Shown: positions 1 through 9,031 of the stretch, in pieces
Position numbering within the stretch: the stretch's first letter is position 1
Layout: each line of letters opens with the position of its first letter
Assembly: GCA_963663965.2 (NCBI GenBank)
Contig: CAXXFK010000016.1
Location: 1-64,000, forward strand
DNA: 64,000 nucleotides
Origin: Sedimentisphaerales bacterium
GTDB lineage: Bacteria; Planctomycetota; Phycisphaerae; Sedimentisphaerales; SM23-30
Direction: 5' to 3'
Notes under the pieces: model-generated
The model's database searches: none
What the model saw: only the letters and a program-made list of their open reading frames with translations
Told to the model about the DNA's origin: nothing
Translations under genes and position numbers: made by a program

Positions 1-53
1 CCACCCGCGAATACTAATCGTACACCAAAAGACTTCTTCCTGACATTTTCCAT
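1..53 (-). CDS. 5' end of a gene running off the window (MENVRKKSFGVRLVFAGG...), possibly a MurG/GT28-like glycosyltransferase
   Basis: GGAGG RBS then ATG at 53. FAGG resembles the start of the MurG FAGGGTGGH motif, but only about 17 codons are visible. Confidence 0.35.
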   Translation of the reverse strand, partial: MENVRKKSFGVRLVFAG

Positions 54-75
54 TACGAACCTCCATTATTAATAA

Positions 76-1014
76 TTACAGATTTTCACGATACCAGTCA
101 ATCGCCATGCGAATTCCTTCATCAAAACTGATTTTGGGTTCATAACCGATCACCTCACGGGCCAGCTTAACATCTGCCAGCGAATGTTTTATATCACCCG
201 GCCGCGGGGGCAGATATTCCGGTTTAATTTGCTCTTTGCCCAGCAGCTCACGAATGGTATTTACTACTGTATTTACCGTCACGGCATTCACTGTGGAGAT
301 ATTCATTGCCTCACCACGCGTCTGTGGCGCCGTGGCCGCCAGCCAGTTGGCGTTCATCACATTATCGATATAAGTAAATCCCCGGCTCTGTTCGCCATCG
401 TCAAATATTTTCGGACTCTGATCCCGCATTAACGCCGATACAAACAATGGAATTGCCGCAGCGTATTGACTGTTTGGATCCTGCCTTGGACCAAATACGT
501 TATAATAGCGCAAACAGCTCGTCTGCAAGCCATAAGTCTCAAAAAATGTCTGACAGTATATTTCTCCAATGGCCTTGGTCGCGCCATAAGGACTGATAGG
601 CGCCAGAGGCAACCTTTCATGTTGCGGCAAAACTTCACTCTGGCCATAAACCGAAGAACTGGAGGCGAACACAAAACGCTTCACACCAGCCAGCCGCGCT
701 TCATCCAGCATGACAAATGTGCCGTTAACATTCACATCATGAGAATCGGCGGGTTTTTCAATGGATCGCGGTACACTGCCTAACGCCGCCAAATGAATCA
801 CCACATCAACACCTTCCATCCATTTTTTGACCAAATCCCGATCTCGAATATCCCCTTCAACCAGGTTGATCCGATCAGCCACTTCTTCCAGATTTTCCTT
901 CTTGCCGGTAAAATAGTTATCAAGAACGATCACTTCGATGCCTCTATCCAGTAGGAATCGAACCATATTGCTGCCAATAAAGCCGGCGCCACCGGTCACC
1001 AGAAATCTGCTCAT
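76..1014 (-). CDS. NAD-dependent nucleotide-sugar epimerase, WbpP/TviC-like (UDP-GlcNAc(A) 4-epimerase)
   Basis: GGAGFIG, HLAALGSVPRS, YxxxK (PYGATK), LRYYNVFGPRQDP. Start set at MSRFLV. Confidence 0.85.
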   Translation of the reverse strand: MSRFLVTGGAGFIGSNMVRFLLDRGIEVIVLDNYFTGKKENLEEVADRINLVEGDIRDRDLVKKWMEGVDVVIHLAALGSVPRSIEKPADSHDVNVNGTFVMLDEARLAGVKRFVFASSSSVYGQSEVLPQHERLPLAPISPYGATKAIGEIYCQTFFETYGLQTSCLRYYNVFGPRQDPNSQYAAAIPLFVSALMRDQSPKIFDDGEQSRGFTYIDNVMNANWLAATAPQTRGEAMNISTVNAVTVNTVVNTIRELLGKEQIKPEYLPPRPGDIKHSLADVKLAREVIGYEPKISFDEGIRMAIDWYRENL

Positions 1015-1064
1015 TGAAAACCTCATTTCTATATAAATTGATTTAACGATAGTTTTATGCAAAT

Positions 1065-1098
1065 AGAACAGGCCCAAAGCAAGCTTCAGGCCCGTTCT
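1065..1098 (-). terminator. Intra-operon stem-loop (possible attenuating terminator or processing site)
   Basis: Minus strand AGAACGGGCCTGAAGC-TT-GCTTTGGGCCTGTTCT pairs with G-U wobbles and is followed by ATTT. The U-tract is weak. Confidence 0.45.
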
Positions 1099-1126
1099 CT
1101 CATGTCTTAGTCTTCTTCACAGAGTA

Positions 1127-2440
1127 TTATGCTTTAACAATTTTACTGCGACCTCGTTTTACTTGCGCCGTCGCGTTGCGGGTGTCAACCACCATTTGAG
1201 CATTCTGTACGATCCAGTCGTAATCATAATCGCTATGATCTGTTGAAATCAGTACAACATCATATTTCTTCAGACCCGCCGCCGTCAACGGGACACTCTT
1301 CATTTGCAAATTGTATTCCCTCTGTTTATGCGTCTGAGGAATATAAGGGTCGTTATAATCGACTTTGGCGCCCCGCTCTTTCAGTAGTTCAATTAACTCC
1401 AGCGACGGGGATTCCCGCACATCGTCAATATCCTTTTTATAAGCCAGCCCCAATACCAATACCCGAGAACCTTTCAGGCTTTTTTTCTTTTCGTTAAGCG
1501 CTTCCATCGTCTTATGCACCACAAAATGCGGCATATTGGTATTGATTTCACCAGCCAATTCGATAAATTTGGTTGGCATGCCATACTGCCGGGCTTTCCA
1601 GGTCAGGTAAAATGGATCGATCGGAATACAGTGCCCGCCTAAACCCGGCCCGGGATAAAACGGATGAAATCCAAACGGCTTGGTACTGGCGCCTCGAATG
1701 ACCTCCCAAACATCAATATGCATACGGTCAAATAACTGCTTTAATTCGTTCACCATGGCAATATTAACACATCGATAAACATTTTCCAGAATCTTGCAGG
1801 CTTCGGCCACCTCACATGTACTCACCGGCACCATCTTATCAATGGCGTATTTGTATATTTCCAGCGCTTTATCCAGCGAGGTCTTGTCATACCCTCCGAC
1901 GACTTTCGGAATAGTCGAAGTGCGGAATTGCTTATTCCCCGGATCTTCTCGTTCTGGCGAATAAGCCAGATAAAAATCCTTGCCGGCTTTCAAGCCTGAA
2001 CGCTCCAGAATTGGCAACATCAATTCGCGTGTAGTACCCGGATAGGTCGTGCTTTCCAACACAACCAACTGTCCTTTTCGCAAATACTGGGATATCGTTT
2101 CACACGTCTTGACCACATAGACCATATCCGGTTCGCGATTCTCAGTAAGCGGTGTAGGGACACAAATCAACAGAGCATCCGGTTTTTTCATCTCTGCCAT
2201 GTTATCGGTAGCATGAAACCGGCCAGAATTAACCATATCTTTCATTTGCGAGTTTGGGATATGTTTAATGGGACTGATCCCATGATTGATTTTTTTTACC
2301 ATCGCAGTATTAATATCAAAACCCAGGACTTTGGCGCCACCAATAATAAATTCGCGCGCCAGCGGTAAACCGACATACCCCAATCCAATAACGCCAATTA
2401 ATGGAACTTCCTGCTTGACAGCTTGTTGTGCTTTTGCCAT
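1127..2440 (-). CDS. UDP-N-acetylhexosamine 6-dehydrogenase (WbpA/WecC family)
   Basis: GLGYVG, CVPTP, ESTTYPGTT, SPEREDPG, GPGLGGHCIPIDP. Confidence 0.9.
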   Translation of the reverse strand: MAKAQQAVKQEVPLIGVIGLGYVGLPLAREFIIGGAKVLGFDINTAMVKKINHGISPIKHIPNSQMKDMVNSGRFHATDNMAEMKKPDALLICVPTPLTENREPDMVYVVKTCETISQYLRKGQLVVLESTTYPGTTRELMLPILERSGLKAGKDFYLAYSPEREDPGNKQFRTSTIPKVVGGYDKTSLDKALEIYKYAIDKMVPVSTCEVAEACKILENVYRCVNIAMVNELKQLFDRMHIDVWEVIRGASTKPFGFHPFYPGPGLGGHCIPIDPFYLTWKARQYGMPTKFIELAGEINTNMPHFVVHKTMEALNEKKKSLKGSRVLVLGLAYKKDIDDVRESPSLELIELLKERGAKVDYNDPYIPQTHKQREYNLQMKSVPLTAAGLKKYDVVLISTDHSDYDYDWIVQNAQMVVDTRNATAQVKRGRSKIVKA

Positions 2441-2583
2441 AAAATATTTCCTTTACAAAAGTTATGGCTATGATAACTTCAACCTGAACTACCATAGCAA
2501 TTTTCTTGTTAAGCATTCCTCACAATATGATCAATATCGGCTGGTTTAATTAAAAATTTTACAACTATCTATAAAAAAGCGCC

Positions 2584-3522
2584 TTATGGTTTCAATTGTT
2601 TCAGATACCACTCAATCGTCCCGGCCAGGCCGGCCTCCAATGATGTCTGGGCACAAAATCCTAAAACGCTCCTGGCTCGCTCAACATTCAGACATCGCCT
2701 CGGTTGACCATCCGGATATCGATTATCCCAGATTATCTGACCCGGATAATTCGTCATTTTTGCGATTTTCTCAGCCAGCGCTTTAATAGAAATTTCCTGT
2801 CCCGTGCCAATATTGACTGGTTCTTTTGAATTATAGGACGCAGTGGCGCCTACAATCGCCCGGGCAGCATCTTCCACATATAAAAACTCACGGGTGGCCC
2901 GGCCTGTTCCCCAACAGACAACCCGATCGGATTTATTCCTGATTCCTTCCACAAACTTCCTGATCAGGGCCGGTATCACATGACTGGATTCCAGATCAAA
3001 ATTATCACCCGGACCATATAAATTCACCGGGATTAAATAAATCGCATTAAAATCATATTCCTCCCGATAGGCCTGACCCTGCACCAGCAGCATCTTTTTC
3101 GCCAGACCATAAGGCGCGTTGGTCTCTTCCGGATAACCATCCCATAACGACTCTTCTAGAAATGGAACCAGGGTATGTTTGGGATACGCACAGACTGTAC
3201 CAACTGTTACAAATTTCTCCACCCCCTTTACCCGGGACTCTTCCATCAGTTGAACACCCATCATCAGATTGTCATAAAAAAAACGCCCCGGATGCGCCCG
3301 ATTGGCTCCAATTCCCCCTACCACTGCCGCCAGATGAATCACCATATCAGGTCCCAGGTCATTCAACATTCTCTGGATATCATTTTGCCTGATCAGATCA
3401 TAGGTTTCATGCTTCACGACCAAAGGGACACATGACCATTTTTCTAACTCCCTGACCACAAACTTACCCAGGAAGCCTTCTCCACCCGTCACGGCAATCC
3501 GTTTATTTTTAAGATGATCCAT
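2584..3522 (-). CDS. fcl: GDP-L-fucose synthase
   Basis: [39 protein letters not shown]. Overlaps the gmd stop. Confidence 0.92.
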   Translation of the reverse strand: MDHLKNKRIAVTGGEGFLGKFVVRELEKWSCVPLVVKHETYDLIRQNDIQRMLNDLGPDMVIHLAAVVGGIGANRAHPGRFFYDNLMMGVQLMEESRVKGVEKFVTVGTVCAYPKHTLVPFLEESLWDGYPEETNAPYGLAKKMLLVQGQAYREEYDFNAIYLIPVNLYGPGDNFDLESSHVIPALIRKFVEGIRNKSDRVVCWGTGRATREFLYVEDAARAIVGATASYNSKEPVNIGTGQEISIKALAEKIAKMTNYPGQIIWDNRYPDGQPRRCLNVERARSVLGFCAQTSLEAGLAGTIEWYLKQLKP

Positions 3523-4521
3523 TACTGATGATCTTTTAAAATCGCTTCCTGCCTGGCTAGCGTCAAATCATACTCTATCATCATTTGTACCAATTCACGG
3601 AATCCCGTGCAGGGCGTCCAGTTCAACAATTTCCTGGCCTTACTGGCGTCTCCTGCCAATTCATCCACTTCCGTTGGACGATAATATCGTGGATCGATCT
3701 CAACATACTCCCGCCAGTCCATATCAAGACATGAAAAGGCCTCATGCAGAAATTCCTCAACAGAATGCGATTCCCCCGTTGCAATCACATAATCATCCGG
3801 ATTGTCTTGCTGCAACATCAACCACATGGCCTCGACATAATCTCCGGCGAATCCCCAGTCTCGGCGTGCCTGCAAGTTTCCCAGATACAATTTATCCTGT
3901 AATCCATACTTGATGCGAGTAGCGGCCCGGGTAATCTTACGCGTCACAAACGTCTCACCCCGGCGTGGCGATTCATGATTGAATAATATCCCATTACAGG
4001 CATACAGGTCATACGCTTCACGATAATTCACCGTCTGCCAGTAACTGTAAACCTTGGCGCAGGCATAAGGACTACGCGGATGAAACGGAAGTCCTCTCAT
4101 TTTGCGGCGGCGGCGTACTGCCGTACATCTCACTGCTGGATGCCTGGTAAAAACGGACCGACTTGCCCAGTTGCCGAACCGCCTCCAGCAGACGCAATGT
4201 CCCCAATCCGTCAATATCTACCGAATAGACCGGCTGATCAAAGCTCACGCGTACATGACTTTGAGCCCCAAGATTATAGACCTCATCCGGCTGGACTTGC
4301 AATAACGCCTGACTCAAATTTCCGCTGTCCGCCAGATCGCCGTATATCAGTTTTAGCCGTGGATTTTCATGCGGATCGATATACAGATGTTCAATCCGAT
4401 GGGTATTAAAACTGGAGGATCGGCAGATAACACCATAGACCTCATAACCTTTGGCCAATAGCATCTCCGCCAGATAGGAGCCATCCTGGCCGGTGATACC
4501 TGTGATAAGCGCTTTTTGCAT
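3522..4521 (-). pseudogene. gmd: GDP-mannose 4,6-dehydratase with one +1 frameshift near 4090 (probably a sequencing error)
   Basis: [13 protein letters not shown] and [12 protein letters not shown] lie in ORF 4072-4521; [25 protein letters not shown] and RDWG lie in ORF 3522-4214. Removing one T from ACTTCCGTTT joins them. Confidence 0.9.
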
Positions 4522-4548
4522 TGATCGAAAGTACTCTCTAAAAGATTT

Positions 4549-5496
4549 TCAGGAACGACCGCGAAACCACGCCATAAATTTCTCCAGACCCTCACGAATC
4601 TCAGTATGCGGTTGATATCCCAACCGTTCCATCGCCTTGGTTACGTCGGCATAAGTCTGTTGTACATCACCCGGTTGCTCCGGTTTGTGATCAACAATTG
4701 CCTTCTTGCCGAGCGCCTTTTCTATCTCCTCAATCAATTTATCTAATCGAACTGGCCGCGACTCGCCCAGATTGTAAATCTCATAGCCTTCACACGCGCG
4801 CATCGATGCCACAATCCCATCAATAATATCATCAATATAAGTGAAATCCCGCCGCATCGAACCATCGCCAAATACCGGTATCGGCCGGCCCTCTTCGATC
4901 AGCCGGGCAAATTTATGGATCGCCAGATCCGGCCGCTGCCGCGGACCATAGACCGTAAAAAAACGTAATCCCGTCACGGCGATATCATAAAGATGATGAT
5001 AGGTATGAGCGATCAATTCGCATGCCTTTTTGGTCGCCGCATAAGGTGAAACCGGAAAATCCACATTATCCGTCTCCGCAAACGGCGCCTTCTTGTTATT
5101 GCCATAGACGCTGGAACTGGAAGCGAAAACAAATTGTTTGATATTAAATTTCCGGCAAGCCTCCAGCAGCACCATTGTCCCGTTAATATTCACATCCTGA
5201 TACCCCAGCGGATCCTCTATCGAAGGCCGCACCCCCGCCCGCGCCGCCAGGTGCACGATCTGATCGATATCCTTCCCCCGGATCGCGGCATCAACGCATT
5301 GACTGTCCCGGATATCACCCTCTACCAGACTGAACCGGTCATAATCTAGCGACACCATCAAATTGTCCCGCTTGATCCGCTCATCATAAAATGGATCGAA
5401 ATTATCCAACCCCACCACCGTATGGCCATCAGCCAACAGCCGCTCACTCAAATGCGACCCAATAAATCCCGCCGCGCCGGTTAATAATACTTTCAT
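4549..5496 (-). CDS. NAD-dependent epimerase, UDP-glucuronate 4-epimerase-like
   Basis: GAAGFIG, HLAARAGVRPS, SPYAATK, LRFFTVYGPRQRPDLA, QPGDV. GAGGA RBS. Confidence 0.8.
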   Translation of the reverse strand: MKVLLTGAAGFIGSHLSERLLADGHTVVGLDNFDPFYDERIKRDNLMVSLDYDRFSLVEGDIRDSQCVDAAIRGKDIDQIVHLAARAGVRPSIEDPLGYQDVNINGTMVLLEACRKFNIKQFVFASSSSVYGNNKKAPFAETDNVDFPVSPYAATKKACELIAHTYHHLYDIAVTGLRFFTVYGPRQRPDLAIHKFARLIEEGRPIPVFGDGSMRRDFTYIDDIIDGIVASMRACEGYEIYNLGESRPVRLDKLIEEIEKALGKKAIVDHKPEQPGDVQQTYADVTKAMERLGYQPHTEIREGLEKFMAWFRGRS

Positions 5497-5528
5497 GATC
5501 AATCCTCAAAATTATCTATGTGACATAT

Positions 5529-5689
5529 GGGTACCTCTAATAATTGCTTTAGAGGCGAAAGCGAGGATGGTTTTTCTCTGGCAAGGAACAAAGAACCGGG
5601 CATATTCGTCAATATTCACGGTTTTTTGTGACGCAGACCAGAGGAAAACCAGGCCGCTTGCAGCCCTGAATGAATTTTTAGAGGTACCC
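5529..5689. mobile_element. 161-bp MITE-like element
   Basis: Terminal inverted repeats GGGTACCTCTAA(T/A)AATT; ATAT on both flanks (5525-5528, 5690-5693); nested internal inverted repeats; no coding capacity. Confidence 0.75.
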
Positions 5690-5769
5690 ATATATGTTAT
5701 AATAACCGACTCATCCAATATTCAAAATTTTACCTGCGTTATCTCAAGAAAATTCACATTGGGATCCAG

Positions 5770-6636
5770 CTACAATCTCCCTGCCAGGTCCTTGATATAC
5801 GCCCGCAAATCTTCGGACATATCCGATCGTTTCAGCGCAAATTCCAGATTCGTTTTGACAAATCCTTCCTTATTGCCAATATCGCACCGCCGGCCTTCCA
5901 GCCGCTTGCCATACATCGCCCGGTCCTTTACCATCATCCGCATCGCGTCGGTCAACTGGATCTCGCCTCCTTTGCCCGGCTGGGTCCGGGCCAGATAATC
6001 AAAAATATCCGGCGTCAGAATATAGCGACTGGCAATCACCAGATTCGAAGGCGCCTCCTCAATTGAGGGCTTCTCGATGAAATCCCGCACCAGAAACAAT
6101 CCCGGATCGATCTCCTTGCCATCCATCACCCCATAGCGGCTCACCATTTCGCGCGGCACTTCTTCCAGTAATGTCACTGGATCTTTATAACGCTGAAAGA
6201 CCTTCATCAATTGTAATGCCGGCGGCACCTCTGCGTCCATTACCGTATCGCCCAGCAAGACCATAAAGGGCTCATCATTCACATGTTGGCGCGCACAATA
6301 GACGGCATCCCCCAATCCCTTTTGTTCCTTTTGCCAGACAAAATGGATATCCGCCATCTCCGAGATCCGCCGCATCTCGGCCAGCAATCCATGCTCCTGC
6401 TTCTCGGCCAGTCTGGCTTCCAGCATGAAGCTGCGGTCAAAATGCTCTTCAATGGCTCGTTTACCGGCGCCGATAATCATCAAAATATCTGTAATGCCGG
6501 CCGCTACGGCTTCTTCCACGACATACTGAATCACCGGGGTATCGACAATTGGTAGCATCTCCTTGGGTGATGATTTCGTCGCCGGTAAAAATCGCGTCCC
6601 GAATCCTGCCGCCGGTATGACTGCCTTACGGATCAT
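5770..6636 (-). CDS. galU: UTP-sugar-1-phosphate uridylyltransferase (GalU family)
   Basis: KAVIPAAGFGTRFLPATK, KEMLPIVD, QKGLGDA, IEKP, GEIQLTDA. ATGA overlap with the upstream kinase. Confidence 0.9.
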   Translation of the reverse strand: MIRKAVIPAAGFGTRFLPATKSSPKEMLPIVDTPVIQYVVEEAVAAGITDILMIIGAGKRAIEEHFDRSFMLEARLAEKQEHGLLAEMRRISEMADIHFVWQKEQKGLGDAVYCARQHVNDEPFMVLLGDTVMDAEVPPALQLMKVFQRYKDPVTLLEEVPREMVSRYGVMDGKEIDPGLFLVRDFIEKPSIEEAPSNLVIASRYILTPDIFDYLARTQPGKGGEIQLTDAMRMMVKDRAMYGKRLEGRRCDIGNKEGFVKTNLEFALKRSDMSEDLRAYIKDLAGRL

Positions 6637-7652
6637 TGGGCCAACCTGCCTTTCGCGGAAACAATCTTTGGTTTGATCACTTCTATCCCGATTCGCTTCA
6701 TTGTCTTTTTTAACTTGCTCAGGGTCTCCTTATCTGGATAGGTCCCCACGATCGCCCCGCCCGATCCAGTAAACTTGGCGCTGCATCCCAGAGACCGGGC
6801 CTGTTCGACCATATCGATATTATCCGGATTGATTGAATAAATCTCGCGACGCTTATCGAAGTTGGCATTGATCAGTTCTCCCACCCGCTGCATATCCTGT
6901 TGTTCCAGACAAGCTTTCATCTCATCGGTGATCGACGCCCAGAATTTCATCGCCTCGACCACCGGTTTCTCGCCCCGGTTGAATCGATCGCGGATATTAT
7001 TATGAAAAACATCTGAAACCTCCGATAATTCCTCCCGATACGCCACAAATAAGGGGGGCAACCAGTCCGGATTCAGGGGCTCATAGTTGCCATGACCACA
7101 ACTGGCCATAAGATCTTTATTAAAATCCATGTAAACCAGACCCTCATATACCTGAATCACCCGATCCTGCAAACCCGCTGAAATATGCAGTTCATCCTTC
7201 TCGGCGGACAGGATCAATCCCGCCTGAACCGGCTTGGGAATCGATACGCCATAAAACGCCATCAATGCCCGCATACAGGCGGTAATAATCGCGCTGGAAC
7301 CCGCCAGTCCTACGCCATGAGGAATATTGGATAAATAACGAATCGTAAAATTATTATCATTCAACTCAATCTGATTTTCATGGCAATAATCGTAAAATCG
7401 CTTCACCGTCGCTTTCAGTAAGCGTATCCCGCCATAATACCCATGCAAATTCACATCCCGCACCAGTTCCCGCACACTCTTGAATTGCGACTGGTCTTTC
7501 TGACACGGCAGAATCTCCAGTTCCGGACTCTCATATAAAACCACTTCTGCGCAGAAATTGCTGAACGCAAAAGAAATCGTTTTGCCAAAATAACCATCCG
7601 ATGGATTGCCGACCAATCCTACCCGGGGATAGGCACGTGTTCTGATTATCAT
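6633..7652 (-). CDS. GHMP kinase, plant-type glucuronokinase homolog
   Basis: GNPSDGYFGKTIS, GYYGGIRLL, IPHGVGLAGSSA, AGLQDRVIQVY, MDF, KFTGSGGA match glucuronokinase motifs as I recall them. Confidence 0.8.
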   Translation of the reverse strand: MIIRTRAYPRVGLVGNPSDGYFGKTISFAFSNFCAEVVLYESPELEILPCQKDQSQFKSVRELVRDVNLHGYYGGIRLLKATVKRFYDYCHENQIELNDNNFTIRYLSNIPHGVGLAGSSAIITACMRALMAFYGVSIPKPVQAGLILSAEKDELHISAGLQDRVIQVYEGLVYMDFNKDLMASCGHGNYEPLNPDWLPPLFVAYREELSEVSDVFHNNIRDRFNRGEKPVVEAMKFWASITDEMKACLEQQDMQRVGELINANFDKRREIYSINPDNIDMVEQARSLGCSAKFTGSGGAIVGTYPDKETLSKLKKTMKRIGIEVIKPKIVSAKGRLAQ

Positions 7653-7661
7653 AGGGCTCCC

Positions 7662-8972
7662 TTAAATCAATACCGACGGTCGGCCGATCGAATGATATTC
7701 GATCCCCTGCTTTTTGACATAACGAGGATCATATAAATTGCGGCCATCAAAAATCACCGGCCTTTTCAACTTCTTAATAATTGACTCAAAATCCGGATTA
7801 CGGAATTCCGACCAGTCCGTAAAAATCACCAGCGCATCAGCACCACCCAGAATAGCATAACTATCGGCGCTTGTTTCGATCAGACCCGGCAATTCTTTTT
7901 CCGTCGCTTCCATCGCCTCTGGATCATAAGCGCGTACTTTGAACCCGGCATCCAGAAACTGCCGGATACAGCGCAGCGCCGGGGCTTCCCGGATATCATC
8001 CGTTCGCGCTTTAAAGGCCAACCCCCAGACAGCCAGGGTCACATCCTGACGTCCGGCGTAATAGTCCAGAATTCGTCGGGCAAACCGGTCCTGTTGATCG
8101 TAATTGGCCTGTTCTACCGCCTGAGCGATCGTCATAGGCGTTTTCACCTGATTCCCCATATAGATCAGCGCCTTCACATCCTTGGGAAAACAGCTGCCGC
8201 CATAGCCAACCCCCGGAAACAAAAACGCGTTGCCGATCCTGCCGTCACTGCCAACCCCCGCGCGAACCAATTCCACATCGGCACCCACTGCGTCACACAT
8301 TTTGGAAATCTCGTTCATAAACGTAATTCGGGTCGCCAGCATGGCATTGGCCGTGTACTTGGTCATCTCTGCCGATATCGGATCCATAAACAATATCCGG
8401 CTGCTCTTGCGCATGAACGGATAATAGAGTTGTTTCATGATTTCCATCACCGCCGGATTCGTCGTTCCGATAATCACCCGGTCCGGCTTCATAAAATCTT
8501 CGACCGCCGCCCCTTCCTTCAGAAATTCCGGATTGCTGACATAATCGAACGGCTGCTCGGTCAGTTCGGACATGATATCCGTCACTTTTTTACAGGTCCC
8601 CACCGGAACCGTGCTTTTCGTCACGATGATCCGATAACCATCCATCATCTCCGCTACCTGCTCGGCCACCGCCAGCACTGCCGAGATATCAGCCGAACCA
8701 TCGTCCGCAGAAGGAGTGCCCACGGCCAGGATAATGATCAGCGAATTATCGACACCTTCCTTCAAATCGGTCGTAAAAACCAGACGGCCGGCTTTATAAT
8801 TGCTTTGGACTATTTCTGTCAATCCCGGTTCATAGATCGGAATCTCACCCTGTTTCAAACCTTCAATCTTCTTCTCATCCCGATCCACACAGATGACATG
8901 ATTCCCGCCATCGGCCAGACATGCCGCGGCAACCAGACCGACATAACCAACTCCCACAACGCATACTTTCAT
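7662..8972 (-). CDS. ugd: UDP-glucose 6-dehydrogenase
   Basis: GVGYVG, KSTVPVGT, SNPEFLKEG, GYGGSCFPKD, WGLAFK, FDGRN. Confidence 0.93.
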   Translation of the reverse strand: MKVCVVGVGYVGLVAAACLADGGNHVICVDRDEKKIEGLKQGEIPIYEPGLTEIVQSNYKAGRLVFTTDLKEGVDNSLIIILAVGTPSADDGSADISAVLAVAEQVAEMMDGYRIIVTKSTVPVGTCKKVTDIMSELTEQPFDYVSNPEFLKEGAAVEDFMKPDRVIIGTTNPAVMEIMKQLYYPFMRKSSRILFMDPISAEMTKYTANAMLATRITFMNEISKMCDAVGADVELVRAGVGSDGRIGNAFLFPGVGYGGSCFPKDVKALIYMGNQVKTPMTIAQAVEQANYDQQDRFARRILDYYAGRQDVTLAVWGLAFKARTDDIREAPALRCIRQFLDAGFKVRAYDPEAMEATEKELPGLIETSADSYAILGGADALVIFTDWSEFRNPDFESIIKKLKRPVIFDGRNLYDPRYVKKQGIEYHSIGRPSVLI

Positions 8973-9031
8973 GACGAATTCCTTATTTTCTCGTATTATT
9001 CCAATTGAGTCATGAATAATACTTCAAAGTT

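Noticed and set aside
1050..1080. Sigma-54 promoter for the EPS genes
   Set aside because: GG-to-GC spacing is 12 rather than 10.
4080..4100. Programmed frameshift or phase variation in gmd
   Set aside because: No slippery run or repeat tract; similar indels are common in this assembly.
8094..9008. Long antisense ORFs (also 26492-27403, 33378-34145, 34316-35272, 36000-36734)
   Set aside because: Shadows of well-supported genes on the other strand, with no recognisable motifs.
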